Source: a virus. From it: DNA of 64,000 bases. This document shows positions 20,138-31,085 of the stretch, in pieces; positions within the stretch are counted from its first letter, which is position 1; each line of letters opens with the position of its first letter. The stretch lies in the IMG/VR virus record IMGVR_UViG_3300027747_002198, positions 32,001-96,000 of that record. One strand, written 5' to 3'. The notes under the pieces are model-generated. The model made no database searches. It worked only from the letters and a program-made list of their open reading frames with translations, and was not told the origin of the DNA. The translations under genes were made by a program, and so were the position numbers.

Positions 20138-23100
20138 ATGGCACGCAAAGCTATACTTGACACATACTATACATTCACACCTTCGACAAGAACTATTGTC
20201 ATTCCTAGGGCTATTCCTAAAGAACGTTTGGTATTAATTACTGATGTTACCACAAATCAGGTACTTTTTAATTTCTCTGATCCAAACCTAACAACAACAT
20301 CTTATACAATTGCCACGAGTGCCGATGGTTCTCAAACAACTACAACAATTGTATTAAACTATAATACCACTAGTTTATCATCAACTGATAAATTATCGAT
20401 TGTTGTTGACGAATATGATGAAAAATTTACTCCTTCTGAAACTTATTTGGATCCAATTAATAAGTTGCGGGTTTCTACACCACAATCATTAATTGATACC
20501 GACTACGAGTATTCAATTCAAACAACCAAATGGGAACAATTGGCTACAATTAACAATCGTCCATTTGGATATTACGTTACTGCTACTGGTGTTACTCCTT
20601 TAATTGACCTTCAAGCAGTTAATAATTCTAGAGTGTATACCGGTAATACAACAGGTACCGTATCTCCAGCAATTGGTACTCCTGTTACTATCTTGGATTC
20701 CACTTATAGTGGTGCTGATGGATTGTATATTGTTGATGCAAATAATAATCCAACATTGACCAACACAACTAATGCTGCAAATACATTCACTTACACAGGT
20801 AAATATTTTTATACCGGCACAACAGGATCAATTTACAATAACGGTGTAACGATTGCATATACCGGTCAAATTTTCAGTAATGCTTCAATTTCTATGGCTT
20901 CGGCTACTGTTGCTTCTGGCAATTTGGTTTCTGTTACAACTTCTGTGCCACATGGTTTAGCACTTGGTAATGAAATTGCTATGACTGGCGCTTCTGCTGC
21001 AAACGGATCATTTGCAGTTACAACCATTGTTAATCCTTATGTTTTTCAATATTCCACAACTGGTGCTTATTACACGCCTCCTGTTGGTGCGTTAACTCTC
21101 ACAAATGCAAATTTATATGTTCGACCACAAGGTTTAGCATTACATCGTCCATTTGACGGAGGTGTTCGTTTTTCAACAAACGCTTCATCACACAATCAAC
21201 AATATATTCGCCAAACAAGACGTTATTTCCGTTACCAATCTGGTAAAGGTATTCAAATGTCTACTGGCACAACTTTGAAACCACAGTTTAATTTAGATGG
21301 TGTTACATCTTCGGGAACACTCTGTACAGTAACAACCAAAGACCCACACAATATTACTTCTGCGATGACAATTACCGTTTCTGGTGCTAATGAAACTGCT
21401 TACAACGGAACATTTAGTGTAAACACAGTATTAAATCCTTATTCATTTACATACATTGCAAGTTCAATACCTTCTCAAACAGTAGCATCAGGTCCAGTTA
21501 ATTGCTCTGGTAATAGTTGGTATGGCGGTTATAACCGGGTTGGAATTTTTGATTCTCAAAACGGCATGTTTTGGGAATTTGACGGAACAATATTAAGTGC
21601 TGTAAAACGTAATTCAACATATCAAATTTATGGACAGGTTCAAGTTGCTGCTGGTTCTGCAACTGTTACTGCCATGCCACAATTTCCAACATATTTTAAT
21701 AAACAATTAGCCGTTGGTGATTTTATTGTTATTAAAGGCATGTCATACCGTGTTGCAGATATCTTGTCAGATAGTAAATTAACAATTCAACCTCCATATC
21801 GTGGCATGAATAATTTACAAAATGCTGTTGTTAGTAAAACAATTGATGTTCGTATACCACAATCTGCATTTAATATTGACCGTTTAGATGGAACAGGTCC
21901 TTCTGGTTATACAATTGATTTAACCAAAAACCAAATGTTCTACATTGATTATTCTTGGTATGGTGCTGGTTTTATTCGTTGGGGTGTTCGTGCTACTGAC
22001 GGTAACATTGTTTATTGTCATAAAGTTATTAATAATAACGTAAACTATTTGGCTTACATGCGTTCAGGTAATTTACCTGGTCGTTACGAAACAAATACAT
22101 TTAGCAAAACTACTTTCTTAACTGGTGGCGCAAGTGGTGTTGGTACAAACTTAAACGCATCCGATACATCACTTAACGCCGCTAGCACATCAGGATTCCC
22201 AACAACAGGAACAATTTGGATTAGAACTGCAAATAATGGCGGTTTAGGTTATGCTAACTCCGAATTTATAAACTACACAGGTATTTCGGGTAATACATTT
22301 ACCGGTTTAACCCGTGGCCAAGCAGGTTTAACTACAACCGGCAATACTGTTTTTGGTAATTCTTATATTAGTGTTTTATCAACATCAGGTGTTCAGATTG
22401 GCCAACAAGTTATTGGTGTTAATATACCTCCATCTTCTTTTGTGCAAAATATTGCAAACAGTACATCTGTTTTATTAAACTATGCGGCAACAGGTTCTAA
22501 TGTAGGATCTACTATAGTATTTGCCCCTATGTCAAATGTTGCTCAAACGTTTATTTCTTCAACAACTGCTCAAACTGCTATTGAGTTACATTCTCCAATA
22601 TTCAGTCCTGAAATTAATCATTGGGGAACTTCTGCAATTATGGATGGCGGATTTACGGCAGATAAATCATTTATTTTTACAAAAGGACAAACAACTTCCG
22701 TTAACGTAGCTCAAGGCGCCACACAAGCACTCATGAGTTTCCGTATTGCTCCAACAGCATCTAATGGTATTGGTAATTCAATGCTTGGTATGCGTGAAAT
22801 TGTTAACCGTATGCAACATTTACCATTTGAAACTGATATTTACTCAAATGGTTCTTTCTTGATTACTGTTTACTTAAATGCAACAACAAATAATTCAACA
22901 GAAATTTGGAATAGTGTTGGTGGTTCAAGTTTATCACAATATATTTTCCATAATCAAGGAACTACTGTTCAAAATAATACGGGTGAACCAGTATTTGGAT
23001 TCTATTTGAATGTACAACAAGGTATTTACCAAACAACACAACAAGATTTGACACAGTTGCTTGCTATTGGTTCTAGTATTCTTGGTGGTGGCGCTACAAA

Positions 23101-23218
23101 TGCAACTAGAGCAATTTATCCAGATGGTCCTGACGTATTGACGTTTGTTGCTCAAAATATTGATACTACATCTCGATCAATTCAAGCACGTTATTCTTGG
23201 AACGAAGCTCAGGCTTAA
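20138..23218 (+). CDS. Large virion structural protein
   Basis: 1026 aa; KLRVSTPQSLIDTD, RQTRRYFRYQSGKG, IDYSWYGAGFIRWG motifs seen in aquatic T4-like virion proteins; AATAAATA at 20102. Confidence 0.65.
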   Translation: MARKAILDTYYTFTPSTRTIVIPRAIPKERLVLITDVTTNQVLFNFSDPNLTTTSYTIATSADGSQTTTTIVLNYNTTSLSSTDKLSIVVDEYDEKFTPSETYLDPINKLRVSTPQSLIDTDYEYSIQTTKWEQLATINNRPFGYYVTATGVTPLIDLQAVNNSRVYTGNTTGTVSPAIGTPVTILDSTYSGADGLYIVDANNNPTLTNTTNAANTFTYTGKYFYTGTTGSIYNNGVTIAYTGQIFSNASISMASATVASGNLVSVTTSVPHGLALGNEIAMTGASAANGSFAVTTIVNPYVFQYSTTGAYYTPPVGALTLTNANLYVRPQGLALHRPFDGGVRFSTNASSHNQQYIRQTRRYFRYQSGKGIQMSTGTTLKPQFNLDGVTSSGTLCTVTTKDPHNITSAMTITVSGANETAYNGTFSVNTVLNPYSFTYIASSIPSQTVASGPVNCSGNSWYGGYNRVGIFDSQNGMFWEFDGTILSAVKRNSTYQIYGQVQVAAGSATVTAMPQFPTYFNKQLAVGDFIVIKGMSYRVADILSDSKLTIQPPYRGMNNLQNAVVSKTIDVRIPQSAFNIDRLDGTGPSGYTIDLTKNQMFYIDYSWYGAGFIRWGVRATDGNIVYCHKVINNNVNYLAYMRSGNLPGRYETNTFSKTTFLTGGASGVGTNLNASDTSLNAASTSGFPTTGTIWIRTANNGGLGYANSEFINYTGISGNTFTGLTRGQAGLTTTGNTVFGNSYISVLSTSGVQIGQQVIGVNIPPSSFVQNIANSTSVLLNYAATGSNVGSTIVFAPMSNVAQTFISSTTAQTAIELHSPIFSPEINHWGTSAIMDGGFTADKSFIFTKGQTTSVNVAQGATQALMSFRIAPTASNGIGNSMLGMREIVNRMQHLPFETDIYSNGSFLITVYLNATTNNSTEIWNSVGGSSLSQYIFHNQGTTVQNNTGEPVFGFYLNVQQGIYQTTQQDLTQLLAIGSSILGGGATNATRAIYPDGPDVLTFVAQNIDTTSRSIQARYSWNEAQA

Positions 23219-23233
23219 TTAATATATTATACT

Positions 23234-23647
23234 ATGAACAATTTTGATAAAAATATGGAACAAATATTTGATGTTGTTCCATCAAAAAAAGAGGAGTTGC
23301 CAGAAGTTAAAAAGGCAACTCCTCTTTATAATTCCCCAAATATTGAAGAAGATTTAGGTGATGCTTACCAACAATCTAGAGAAAATCTTCAAGGTATTAT
23401 TGACCAAGGCAAAGAAGCCATGGAAGAAATACTCAACATAGCCAAAGCAGGACAACACCCAAGAGCATTTGAAGTTTACGGAACGTTACTTAAAAATATG
23501 GTTGACGCCAATAAAGAGCTTCTAAATATTCAAAAGCAAATGCGTGAGATGGACAAAAAGAAAGAAGTAACCAATACAAATATTGATAAAGCCATTTTTG
23601 TTGGTTCTACCGCTGAGTTGAATAAGTTATTAAAAGGAAAAGAATGA
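23234..23647 (+). CDS. gp16: Terminase small subunit gp16
   Basis: SRENL..II..G..A...HPRAFEV, FVGSTAEL motifs. Confidence 0.9.
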   Translation: MNNFDKNMEQIFDVVPSKKEELPEVKKATPLYNSPNIEEDLGDAYQQSRENLQGIIDQGKEAMEEILNIAKAGQHPRAFEVYGTLLKNMVDANKELLNIQKQMREMDKKKEVTNTNIDKAIFVGSTAELNKLLKGKE

Positions 23648-24375
23648 AGCTTTGGGTGAATGTGTGTTTTCATTATGTGCCAGAAAGATTACCAAAATTC
23701 TATAATCTCATAGAAAACATCAATAAATTTAAAACAAAAGGCACCAAATTAATCATCAATTGTAATACTAATTTTGATGACAACTTACCAATTAAAGTAT
23801 CGGTTCTTGATGACCCATTTCATTTGACATGGGAACACAAAAAAGATATGCAAGCTTTTTTAGAATCTGATTATACACACTTTGTTTATCTTGAAGGTAA
23901 TTTAAGCTTTACTCAAAAGAATTTAAACTATTGGTGTAAGTATAGAGAACTTTTTAAACGGAATAATCTTAATTTTATACCGGCAATTCATCGAGTTGAA
24001 ATTGGTAAAGACGGCAAAAGTTATTCTTTAGATTCTACTCGTCACGTTAATAAAAAACTATCAATAGAAATTCAAGGCCAAAAGTTTATTTCTTTACCTG
24101 AACCTTATCAAGGTATGTTTATTATGGACCGTGAAATGGTACAAGAACACATCAATTCAGATTATTTTAATCTAGGTCAAAAAGGTTGGTTTGGAATTCG
24201 TGAATCTGCCAATTTAGGTAATATGTTTATAAATGTTCCACCAGGATATCCACACCGAGCATTAGTACCTTTAGATAATTTTGATGAATGTTGTGCTGTA
24301 CATAATGGTACTGACTACCATAATGATCCTAATTCTCCTCATGCCAAAATACCTGTTACAGAGTTATTTGTATGA
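23644..24375 (+). CDS. Hypothetical protein, possible glycosyltransferase-like
   Basis: LTWEHK..YTHFVYLEGN and PYQGMFI motifs resemble GT-A-like phage proteins; tentative. Confidence 0.4.
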   Translation: MKLWVNVCFHYVPERLPKFYNLIENINKFKTKGTKLIINCNTNFDDNLPIKVSVLDDPFHLTWEHKKDMQAFLESDYTHFVYLEGNLSFTQKNLNYWCKYRELFKRNNLNFIPAIHRVEIGKDGKSYSLDSTRHVNKKLSIEIQGQKFISLPEPYQGMFIMDREMVQEHINSDYFNLGQKGWFGIRESANLGNMFINVPPGYPHRALVPLDNFDECCAVHNGTDYHNDPNSPHAKIPVTELFV

Positions 24376-24830
24376 TATATCATAAACACCATATTATACC
24401 CAAACATGCCGGAGGTACCGATGATCCCTCAAATTTGGTTAAACTTACGGTTGAAGAACATGCAGAAGCTCATAAATTATTATTTGAACAACATGGACGT
24501 TGGCAAGATAAAGTTGCTTGGTTAACATTGTCTGGTCAGATGACTTGTGCGGAAGCTATAAAAATAACACAATCATTATCCAATAAAGGTGAGAAAAATC
24601 CTATGTATGGTAAAACGGGAAGTTTAAATTCAAATTATAAAAATAGAGGTAAAAATAGTCCTTTATATGGTAAAAAACAACCTATAGAATGGAATATAAA
24701 AAAAGCAAAAACTCTATCTGAAAATATGAAAGGTAAATGGGTTCCACCTAAAAAAGTTTGTAGGTTGTTTGATAAAAAAGAAATGGCAATGCAACAATAT
24801 ATGTGTTGGTTAAACTGGCAAAACAAATGA
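24372..24830 (+). mobile_element. Free-standing HNH homing endonuclease with NUMOD3-like motifs
   Basis: HKHHIIPKHAGGTDDPSNLVKLTVEEHAEAHKLL; KGEKNPMYGK repeats. Confidence 0.85.
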
Positions 24831-26506
24831 CAACCAATAAACAGTCATATCGGGATAACCCACGGCTCAAACGAGTTGGAGTCCAGATTAACTATACGGA
24901 AGAACAAATCTTAGAGTATCAGAGGTGCGCCAAAGATCCTGTTTATTTTTCAAAATATATTAGTATTGTATCTTTAGACCACGGTATTGTACCTTTTGAT
25001 ATGTATGATTTTCAAAAGGACATGATTAGAACTTTTAATGAAAATCGTTTTGTTATTGTTAAATGTCCTCGGCAAGTTGGTAAAACCACTACTGCAATTG
25101 CTTATCTTCTGTGGGTTATTTTATTTCAAGACGCTCAAAACATAGCCATTTTGGCCAACAAAGGTAAAACTTCTCGTGATATTTTAGGTAAGTTACAATT
25201 GGCCTATGAGAATCTTCCTATTTGGTTACAGCAAGGTGTAGTAGAATGGAACAAAGGTAAAATTGAATTAGAAAATGATTCTAAAATTACCGCAGACTCC
25301 ACATCAAGTTCTGCTGCTCGTTCTGGTTCTTATAACATTGTATTTTTAGACGAGTTTGCATTCGTACCTTCTAATATTGCCTATGAGTTTATGGCATCGG
25401 TTTATCCTGTTATTACTTCCGGTACTAAAACAAAGATTTTGATGGTATCAACTCCCAACGGAATGAATCTGTATTATAAAATGTGGATGGATGCCGTTGA
25501 AAAACGAAGCAATTATGTTCCGTTTGAAATTCATTGGTCACAAGTTCCAGGTCGAGACCAAGAATGGCGTGAAGAAACTATTCGTAATACTTCCGAAAGG
25601 CAATTCCAACAAGAATTTGAAACGGAATTCTTAGGTTCTTCGAATACCTTAATTGCTGGAGGCAAGTTACAGCAAATGCGGTATGGTAATCCTATTGCCA
25701 CGCATGACATGTTGAAGATATATGAAGAACCTATCAAAGAAGATGGAGAGAAGAACCTAAAAGATCATATGTATTGTTTAGTAGTCGACCCCTCAGAAGG
25801 CAAAGGCCTCGACTCCAGTGCGTTCTCCGTGATTGATATGTCAGAAACTCCATATAGACAGGTAGCAACTTACAAATCTTCTTCTATATCACCTATATTA
25901 TTTCCAACCGTTATCTATAATACGGCAAAGTTGTATAATGATGCTTATGTTTTATGTGAAATTAATAATACTCAACAAATTGCCGACACGCTTCATGCCG
26001 AATTGGAGTACGAGAATTTATGGAAAGTATTTACTGGTAACAAAAAACCTCAACAATTGTCTGCCGGTTTTGCTAGAGGTGTTCAGTTAGGTCTGAAAAT
26101 GTCACCACAAGTCAAACGAATTGGTTGTTCAAACCTAAAAGCTTTGATTGAAGGTGATAAATTACTGATTAATGACTTTGATACTTATTCTGAATTAACC
26201 ACCTTTGTAGCTCAAAAGAATTCTTTTGCGGCCGAGGCGGAATCAAATGATGATTTGGTGATGGGTTTAGTCATGTTTGGGTGGGTAACTACTCAGAAAT
26301 ATTTTAAAGAAATTGTTAATCATGACGTAAGAAAACAGATTCAGTTAGAAAATATGAATCAAATGGATGAAATTACCCCTCCGGCACCAATTATTGATGA
26401 CGGGTTGGAACATGATTTTATGGTTCAAGGCGGTGACGTTTGGGAAAAAGCAAGTTCGGGTGAAGTATATGCAGAATATTCCAGAGAATTCTGGAGAAAA
26501 ATGTAA
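24827..26506 (+). CDS. gp17: Terminase large subunit gp17 (start likely ATG 24827)
   Basis: PRQVGKTT Walker A, FLDEFAF Walker B, STPNG, nuclease DPSEG and DDLVM. Confidence 0.95.
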   Translation: MTTNKQSYRDNPRLKRVGVQINYTEEQILEYQRCAKDPVYFSKYISIVSLDHGIVPFDMYDFQKDMIRTFNENRFVIVKCPRQVGKTTTAIAYLLWVILFQDAQNIAILANKGKTSRDILGKLQLAYENLPIWLQQGVVEWNKGKIELENDSKITADSTSSSAARSGSYNIVFLDEFAFVPSNIAYEFMASVYPVITSGTKTKILMVSTPNGMNLYYKMWMDAVEKRSNYVPFEIHWSQVPGRDQEWREETIRNTSERQFQQEFETEFLGSSNTLIAGGKLQQMRYGNPIATHDMLKIYEEPIKEDGEKNLKDHMYCLVVDPSEGKGLDSSAFSVIDMSETPYRQVATYKSSSISPILFPTVIYNTAKLYNDAYVLCEINNTQQIADTLHAELEYENLWKVFTGNKKPQQLSAGFARGVQLGLKMSPQVKRIGCSNLKALIEGDKLLINDFDTYSELTTFVAQKNSFAAEAESNDDLVMGLVMFGWVTTQKYFKEIVNHDVRKQIQLENMNQMDEITPPAPIIDDGLEHDFMVQGGDVWEKASSGEVYAEYSREFWRKM

Positions 26507-26517
26507 ATCCTGTGATT

Positions 26518-26525
26518 CATAAATA
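26518..26525 (+). promoter_or_regulatory. T4-type late promoter (CATAAATA)
   Basis: Intergenic, upstream of gp18. Confidence 0.65.
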
Positions 26526-26578
26526 TCTGTATGGTATCATAACTGCCAAAAACATATAATAATTCAAGGAGAATTTAA

Positions 26579-28291
26579 ATGGCGATTCAACTCTCTCCAG
26601 GTGTAAACGTATCGGAAATTGACTTAACTACTGTCGTTCCTTCGGTACTTACAACTGCTGGCGCTTTTGCTGGAGCCTTTTCTTGGGGACCAGTAGGAAA
26701 AATCATATTAGTTAATAACGAAATTACATTAACACAACGATTTGGTAACCCAAACAATAATACAGCAACTTCATTTTTTACCGCAGCTGCTTTCTTGGCA
26801 TATGGTAATAATTTAAGTGTTGTCCGTGCCGCAAACAATTTGACTTACAATGCTGATGCAAACACTTCTAATCCAAATATTCAAGTTGGTAATTTAGATG
26901 TTTTTCAATATACATTGTTAAATCAAAATAATGCCAATTTATATGGCGCTTTCATGGCTCGCTATCCTGGCGCTTTAGGAAATTCTTTGGCTGTTTCTGT
27001 TTGTGATACTGCAAATCAATTTTCTTCATGGGCATATTCAGGTTCTTTTTCTTCTGCTCCAGGCACTTCTGCTTACACTTCTGCTGTAGGTGGTGCAAAT
27101 GACGAAATTCACGTTGTTGTTACTGACGTTAGTGGTTTGATATCAGGCTCTAAAGGTGCAGTATTAGAAACGTTCCCGTTCATGTCAAAAGCATTAGATG
27201 CAGAACTCAATGGTGTTTCAAACTATTATAAACAAGTTATTTTTAATAAATCACGTTACATTTATGCTGTAGATCCAGTAAATTATGCAAATAACGTAAC
27301 TAACGGCAATTGGGGTCAAATTGCTGCTAATACTAATTTTACATCTTCAAACGTAAATACCACTTTGGCTTTAAGTGGCGGTACTGATGTTGCATTAACA
27401 GAAGGTGATTATAAAAATGGTTATGGATTGTTTACAAACAAAGAAACTACAGACATTTCTTTAGTTATTACTGGTGACGCAAACGCAAACGTTCAATCGT
27501 ACATTATTGACAATATTGTTAATTCTCGTGCTGATTGCGTAGCATTTATTTCTCCTCCACAATCTGCCGTTGTAAATAACGCCGGCAACGAATCTGCAGC
27601 CATACTTAATTGGTTGAATAATACCTCAACTGGATTGCAACGTTCAACATCATTTGCTGTTGCCGACTCTGGTTGGAAATATTTTTACGACAAATACAAT
27701 CAAACATACCGTTGGATTCCATTAAATGGTGACATTGCTGGTTTGTGTGTTAATACCGACACAGTTCGTGATCCTTGGTATTCTCCAGCTGGTTTCAACC
27801 GTGGTGCAATCAAGAATGCTATTAAGTTGGCATGGAATCCAGCAAAAACATATCGTGACGCATTGTATTCAGCAGGCGTAAATCCTGTTGTATCTTTCCC
27901 TGGTCAAGGTATTGTTTTGTTTGGCGATAAAACTCTACAAGCTAAACCATCTGCTTTTGATCGTATCAATGTTCGTAGACTGTTTATTGTTCTTGAAAAG
28001 GCAATTGCCAAAGCTGCCCAATATTCACTTTTTGAATTTAACGATGACTTTACTCGTGCTCAGTTTGTTGCATTGGTAACTCCATTTCTTCGTGATGTGC
28101 AAGGTCGCCGTGGTATTACCGACTTCCGTGTTGTTTGTGATACTACAAATAATACAGCGCAAGTTATTGATTCTAATCAATTTGTGGGTGACATTTACAT
28201 TAAACCTGCTCGTTCCATCAATTACATTCAGTTGAATTTTGTGGCAGTTGGAACTGGTGTTGACTTCACAACAGTCGTTGGTGCTGTCTAA
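26579..28291 (+). CDS. gp18: Tail sheath protein gp18
   Basis: LSPGVNVSEIDLT, PWYSPAGFNRG, FDRINVRRLF, IKPARSINYIQLNF. Confidence 0.95.
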   Translation: MAIQLSPGVNVSEIDLTTVVPSVLTTAGAFAGAFSWGPVGKIILVNNEITLTQRFGNPNNNTATSFFTAAAFLAYGNNLSVVRAANNLTYNADANTSNPNIQVGNLDVFQYTLLNQNNANLYGAFMARYPGALGNSLAVSVCDTANQFSSWAYSGSFSSAPGTSAYTSAVGGANDEIHVVVTDVSGLISGSKGAVLETFPFMSKALDAELNGVSNYYKQVIFNKSRYIYAVDPVNYANNVTNGNWGQIAANTNFTSSNVNTTLALSGGTDVALTEGDYKNGYGLFTNKETTDISLVITGDANANVQSYIIDNIVNSRADCVAFISPPQSAVVNNAGNESAAILNWLNNTSTGLQRSTSFAVADSGWKYFYDKYNQTYRWIPLNGDIAGLCVNTDTVRDPWYSPAGFNRGAIKNAIKLAWNPAKTYRDALYSAGVNPVVSFPGQGIVLFGDKTLQAKPSAFDRINVRRLFIVLEKAIAKAAQYSLFEFNDDFTRAQFVALVTPFLRDVQGRRGITDFRVVCDTTNNTAQVIDSNQFVGDIYIKPARSINYIQLNFVAVGTGVDFTTVVGAV

Positions 28292-28316
28292 TAAATAAAC
28301 GATATAGGAGAAAACA

Positions 28317-28859
28317 ATGGCTTTTAATGTAAACGATTTTAGAGCGAATATGATTGGAGACGGTGCCCGTCCCAATCTATTCCAAGTGACTCTAACATTC
28401 CCAACTTTCACTACAAACGGTGCGGCTGCTGGTGCAAAAACCACTTTTATGGCTAAAGCGGCTCAGTTACCCGGTTCAACAATTGGTCAAGTAACTGTTC
28501 CATATTTTGGTCGTGAAGTAAAGTTTGCAGGTAACCGTACATTTACTGACTGGTCTTTGCAAATTATTAACGATGAAGATTTTGTAATTCGTAATGCACT
28601 TGAATCTTGGATGAATGCTATTAATAGTAATACCACCAATGTTCGTAATAGTGCAGCTGCTTCATCTACAAACTATACTGTTGATGCAACTGTTGATCAA
28701 TATGGTAAAACTGGCAACATTCTTAAATCATACAAATTTGTTGGTTTATTTCCTGTTGACATTGCTCCAATCGATTTAGGTTGGGATCAAAACGATGCTA
28801 TTGAAGAATACGGTGCAACATTTGCTTTCCAATATTGGGAATCAAATACTACTAGTTAA
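28317..28859 (+). CDS. gp19: Tail tube protein gp19
   Basis: GARPNLF, LPGST, GNRTFTDW motifs; AATAAATA at 28290. Confidence 0.95.
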   Translation: MAFNVNDFRANMIGDGARPNLFQVTLTFPTFTTNGAAAGAKTTFMAKAAQLPGSTIGQVTVPYFGREVKFAGNRTFTDWSLQIINDEDFVIRNALESWMNAINSNTTNVRNSAAASSTNYTVDATVDQYGKTGNILKSYKFVGLFPVDIAPIDLGWDQNDAIEEYGATFAFQYWESNTTS

Positions 28860-28873
28860 TATATTTTTAATAC

Positions 28874-28896
28874 GAGAGGACTCCGGTCCTCTCTTT
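28874..28896 (+). terminator. Intrinsic terminator after gp19
   Basis: GAGAGGAC-TCCG-GTCCTCTC followed by T-rich tract. Confidence 0.8.
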
Positions 28897-28926
28897 ATGT
28901 TTTTTTGAATTGGAAAAGTAAATAAT

Positions 28927-30570
28927 ATGGCAGCTCTTAATAAATTCTCTCTGTTTGGTTTTACAATTTCTCGAGCCAAGGACGAGGAAGATGGTGCTGT
29001 TGCTCCTTCGTTTTCGCCTCCCAATAATGACGATGGTGCTCTTACCATTACATCTGCTGCTTATTACGGCACTTATGTAGATTTAGATGGTACAGCTAAA
29101 AATGAAGTAGAACTTATTTCTCGTTATCGTGAAATGTCCATGCAGCCAGAGATTGAATCCGCTATTGATGATATTGTTGGTGAAGCAATATGCCAAGATG
29201 ATGATGGTAAAATTATTCAAATTGTTATGGATGATTTAAAGCAACCAGACAAAATTAAAGATGCCATTAGAGCAGAATTTGCCAATATTTGCCGCATGTT
29301 AAATTATAACAACATGGCACAAGATATTTTTCGCCGTTATTATGTTGATGGTAGAATGTATTACCATATTATTATTGACCGTGAAAAACCAATTGAAGGT
29401 ATTAAAGAATTACGTTATATTGATCCTCGTAAACTTCGTAAAGTTCGTGAAATTAAAAAGAAAAAAGATGATCGTACTGGCGTAGAGGCAATGCATGTCA
29501 TTAACGAATATTATATTTACAATGATAAAGTGGTTACTGGTTCTTCTAGTAACTTTGGTCCTGTTGGTGTTCGGATTACCACAGATTCCATTATCTCAGT
29601 TGTATCTGGTCTTATGGACTCTCGTAGGGCTGTAGTTTTGTCGTATCTACATAAAGCAATCAAACCACTCAACCAATTAAGGATGATTGAAGATGCTACT
29701 GTCATTTATCGTATCAGTCGTGCTCCCGAGCGCCGCATTTTCTATATTGATGTGGGTAACTTACCAAAGTTAAAAGCTGAACAATATCTCCGTGATATTA
29801 TGGTCAAGTATAAAAACAAACTTGTCTATGATGCAAATACCGGTGAAGTTCGTGATGACCGTAAATTCTTATCAATGATGGAAGATTTTTGGTTACCTCG
29901 CCGTGAAGGTGGAAAAGGCACAGAAATTGCTACTCTGCCAGGCGGCCAAAACTTAGGTGAATTAGAAGATGTTAAGTATTTTGAAAAGAAATTATACAAA
30001 GCCCTTAATGTTCCTGTTTCTCGTTTAAATCCAGAAAGTTCCGGATTTACTTTAGGCCGTACAAATGAAATTACTCGTGATGAATTAAAATTTGCTAAAT
30101 TTGTTGATCGTTTGCGTAACAAGTTTGCTGAAATGTTTGATCAAGCATTAAGAGTTCAATGTGTTCTTAAAGGTATTTGTACCGCAGAAGAATGGAATGA
30201 ATTTAAAGAGCACATTCATTATGACTTCATTAAAGATAATAACTTTACTGAACTTAAAGATGCCGAGTTGATGAAAGAAAGGCTTAGTTTGTTGCAAGAA
30301 GTTGATCCATACACCGGTCGTTATTTTTCACAAGCTTGGATTCAACGTCAAGTACTACGTTTAACTGATGACCAAATTAGAGAAATGCAAAGTGAAATTG
30401 ATGAAGAAAAAGCAAATGGGTTTGGTTTACCGGTTGGCGTCATCAATCAAGTAGCACAACAATCTATGATGCAACAAGTAGCATCCGATCCTGAACAAGG
30501 TGGTGGTGAAGAAATTGATGAACAACCACAATCACCAGGAACATTTACCAAATTGAAACAAATACTATAA
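28927..30570 (+). CDS. gp20: Portal protein gp20
   Basis: YRISRAPERRIFYIDVGNLPK, EDFWLPRREGGKGTEI. Confidence 0.97.
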   Translation: MAALNKFSLFGFTISRAKDEEDGAVAPSFSPPNNDDGALTITSAAYYGTYVDLDGTAKNEVELISRYREMSMQPEIESAIDDIVGEAICQDDDGKIIQIVMDDLKQPDKIKDAIRAEFANICRMLNYNNMAQDIFRRYYVDGRMYYHIIIDREKPIEGIKELRYIDPRKLRKVREIKKKKDDRTGVEAMHVINEYYIYNDKVVTGSSSNFGPVGVRITTDSIISVVSGLMDSRRAVVLSYLHKAIKPLNQLRMIEDATVIYRISRAPERRIFYIDVGNLPKLKAEQYLRDIMVKYKNKLVYDANTGEVRDDRKFLSMMEDFWLPRREGGKGTEIATLPGGQNLGELEDVKYFEKKLYKALNVPVSRLNPESSGFTLGRTNEITRDELKFAKFVDRLRNKFAEMFDQALRVQCVLKGICTAEEWNEFKEHIHYDFIKDNNFTELKDAELMKERLSLLQEVDPYTGRYFSQAWIQRQVLRLTDDQIREMQSEIDEEKANGFGLPVGVINQVAQQSMMQQVASDPEQGGGEEIDEQPQSPGTFTKLKQIL

Positions 30571-30573
30571 ATA
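30566..30573 (+). promoter_or_regulatory. T4 late promoter TATAAATA
   Basis: Exact consensus at the gp20 stop. Confidence 0.75.
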
Positions 30574-30590
30574 CTTTATTGGAGATTAAA

Positions 30591-30785
30591 ATGACAGATA
30601 AAACAAGAGCAATTATTGATTACGCTTATGATGACAATGGTAAAGAAATGCGTGATGCTGTTTATGGCGCTATTCACGATAAAGTGATGGCACATATTGA
30701 TTCACATAAAAAAGAAATTGCACACAGTTTAATTGCTCCAGAAAGTCGTATGGCTTTACAAGAACCTCAGCAAGATGCGGAATAA
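30591..30785 (+). CDS. Prohead core protein (gp67-like position)
   Basis: Small ORF after portal; GGAG SD favours ATG 30591. Confidence 0.55.
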   Translation: MTDKTRAIIDYAYDDNGKEMRDAVYGAIHDKVMAHIDSHKKEIAHSLIAPESRMALQEPQQDAE

Positions 30786-30789
30786 TTAA

Positions 30790-31077
30790 GTGAAAACTTT
30801 TGACGAATTTAAAACTTCTGTTGTTACAGATGAACCAGAAATTGTTGTTGAAAATCTGGAACCAGAAGTATTGGAAGTTGAAGAATTACCTAACCTTCTA
30901 GGTGAAGCAGTTAAAAGAAAGCCTTTAGATCCGCCGGCGGTTTTGTTGATGAAACGTAAATCGGTTCGTCAATATCCAAATGGACAAAGAGTGGCATTAT
31001 ACTATGTGGATAAAATAGATAAATATGTAACCGTACCTTATACAGATATGCAATGGTCAGCAGAAGAAACAAAATAG
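30790..31077 (+). CDS. Prohead core-associated protein (gp68-like position)
   Basis: Acidic N-terminus, synteny between gp20 and gp21. Confidence 0.5.
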   Translation: MKTFDEFKTSVVTDEPEIVVENLEPEVLEVEELPNLLGEAVKRKPLDPPAVLLMKRKSVRQYPNGQRVALYYVDKIDKYVTVPYTDMQWSAEETK

Positions 31078-31085
31078 GATAAAAA

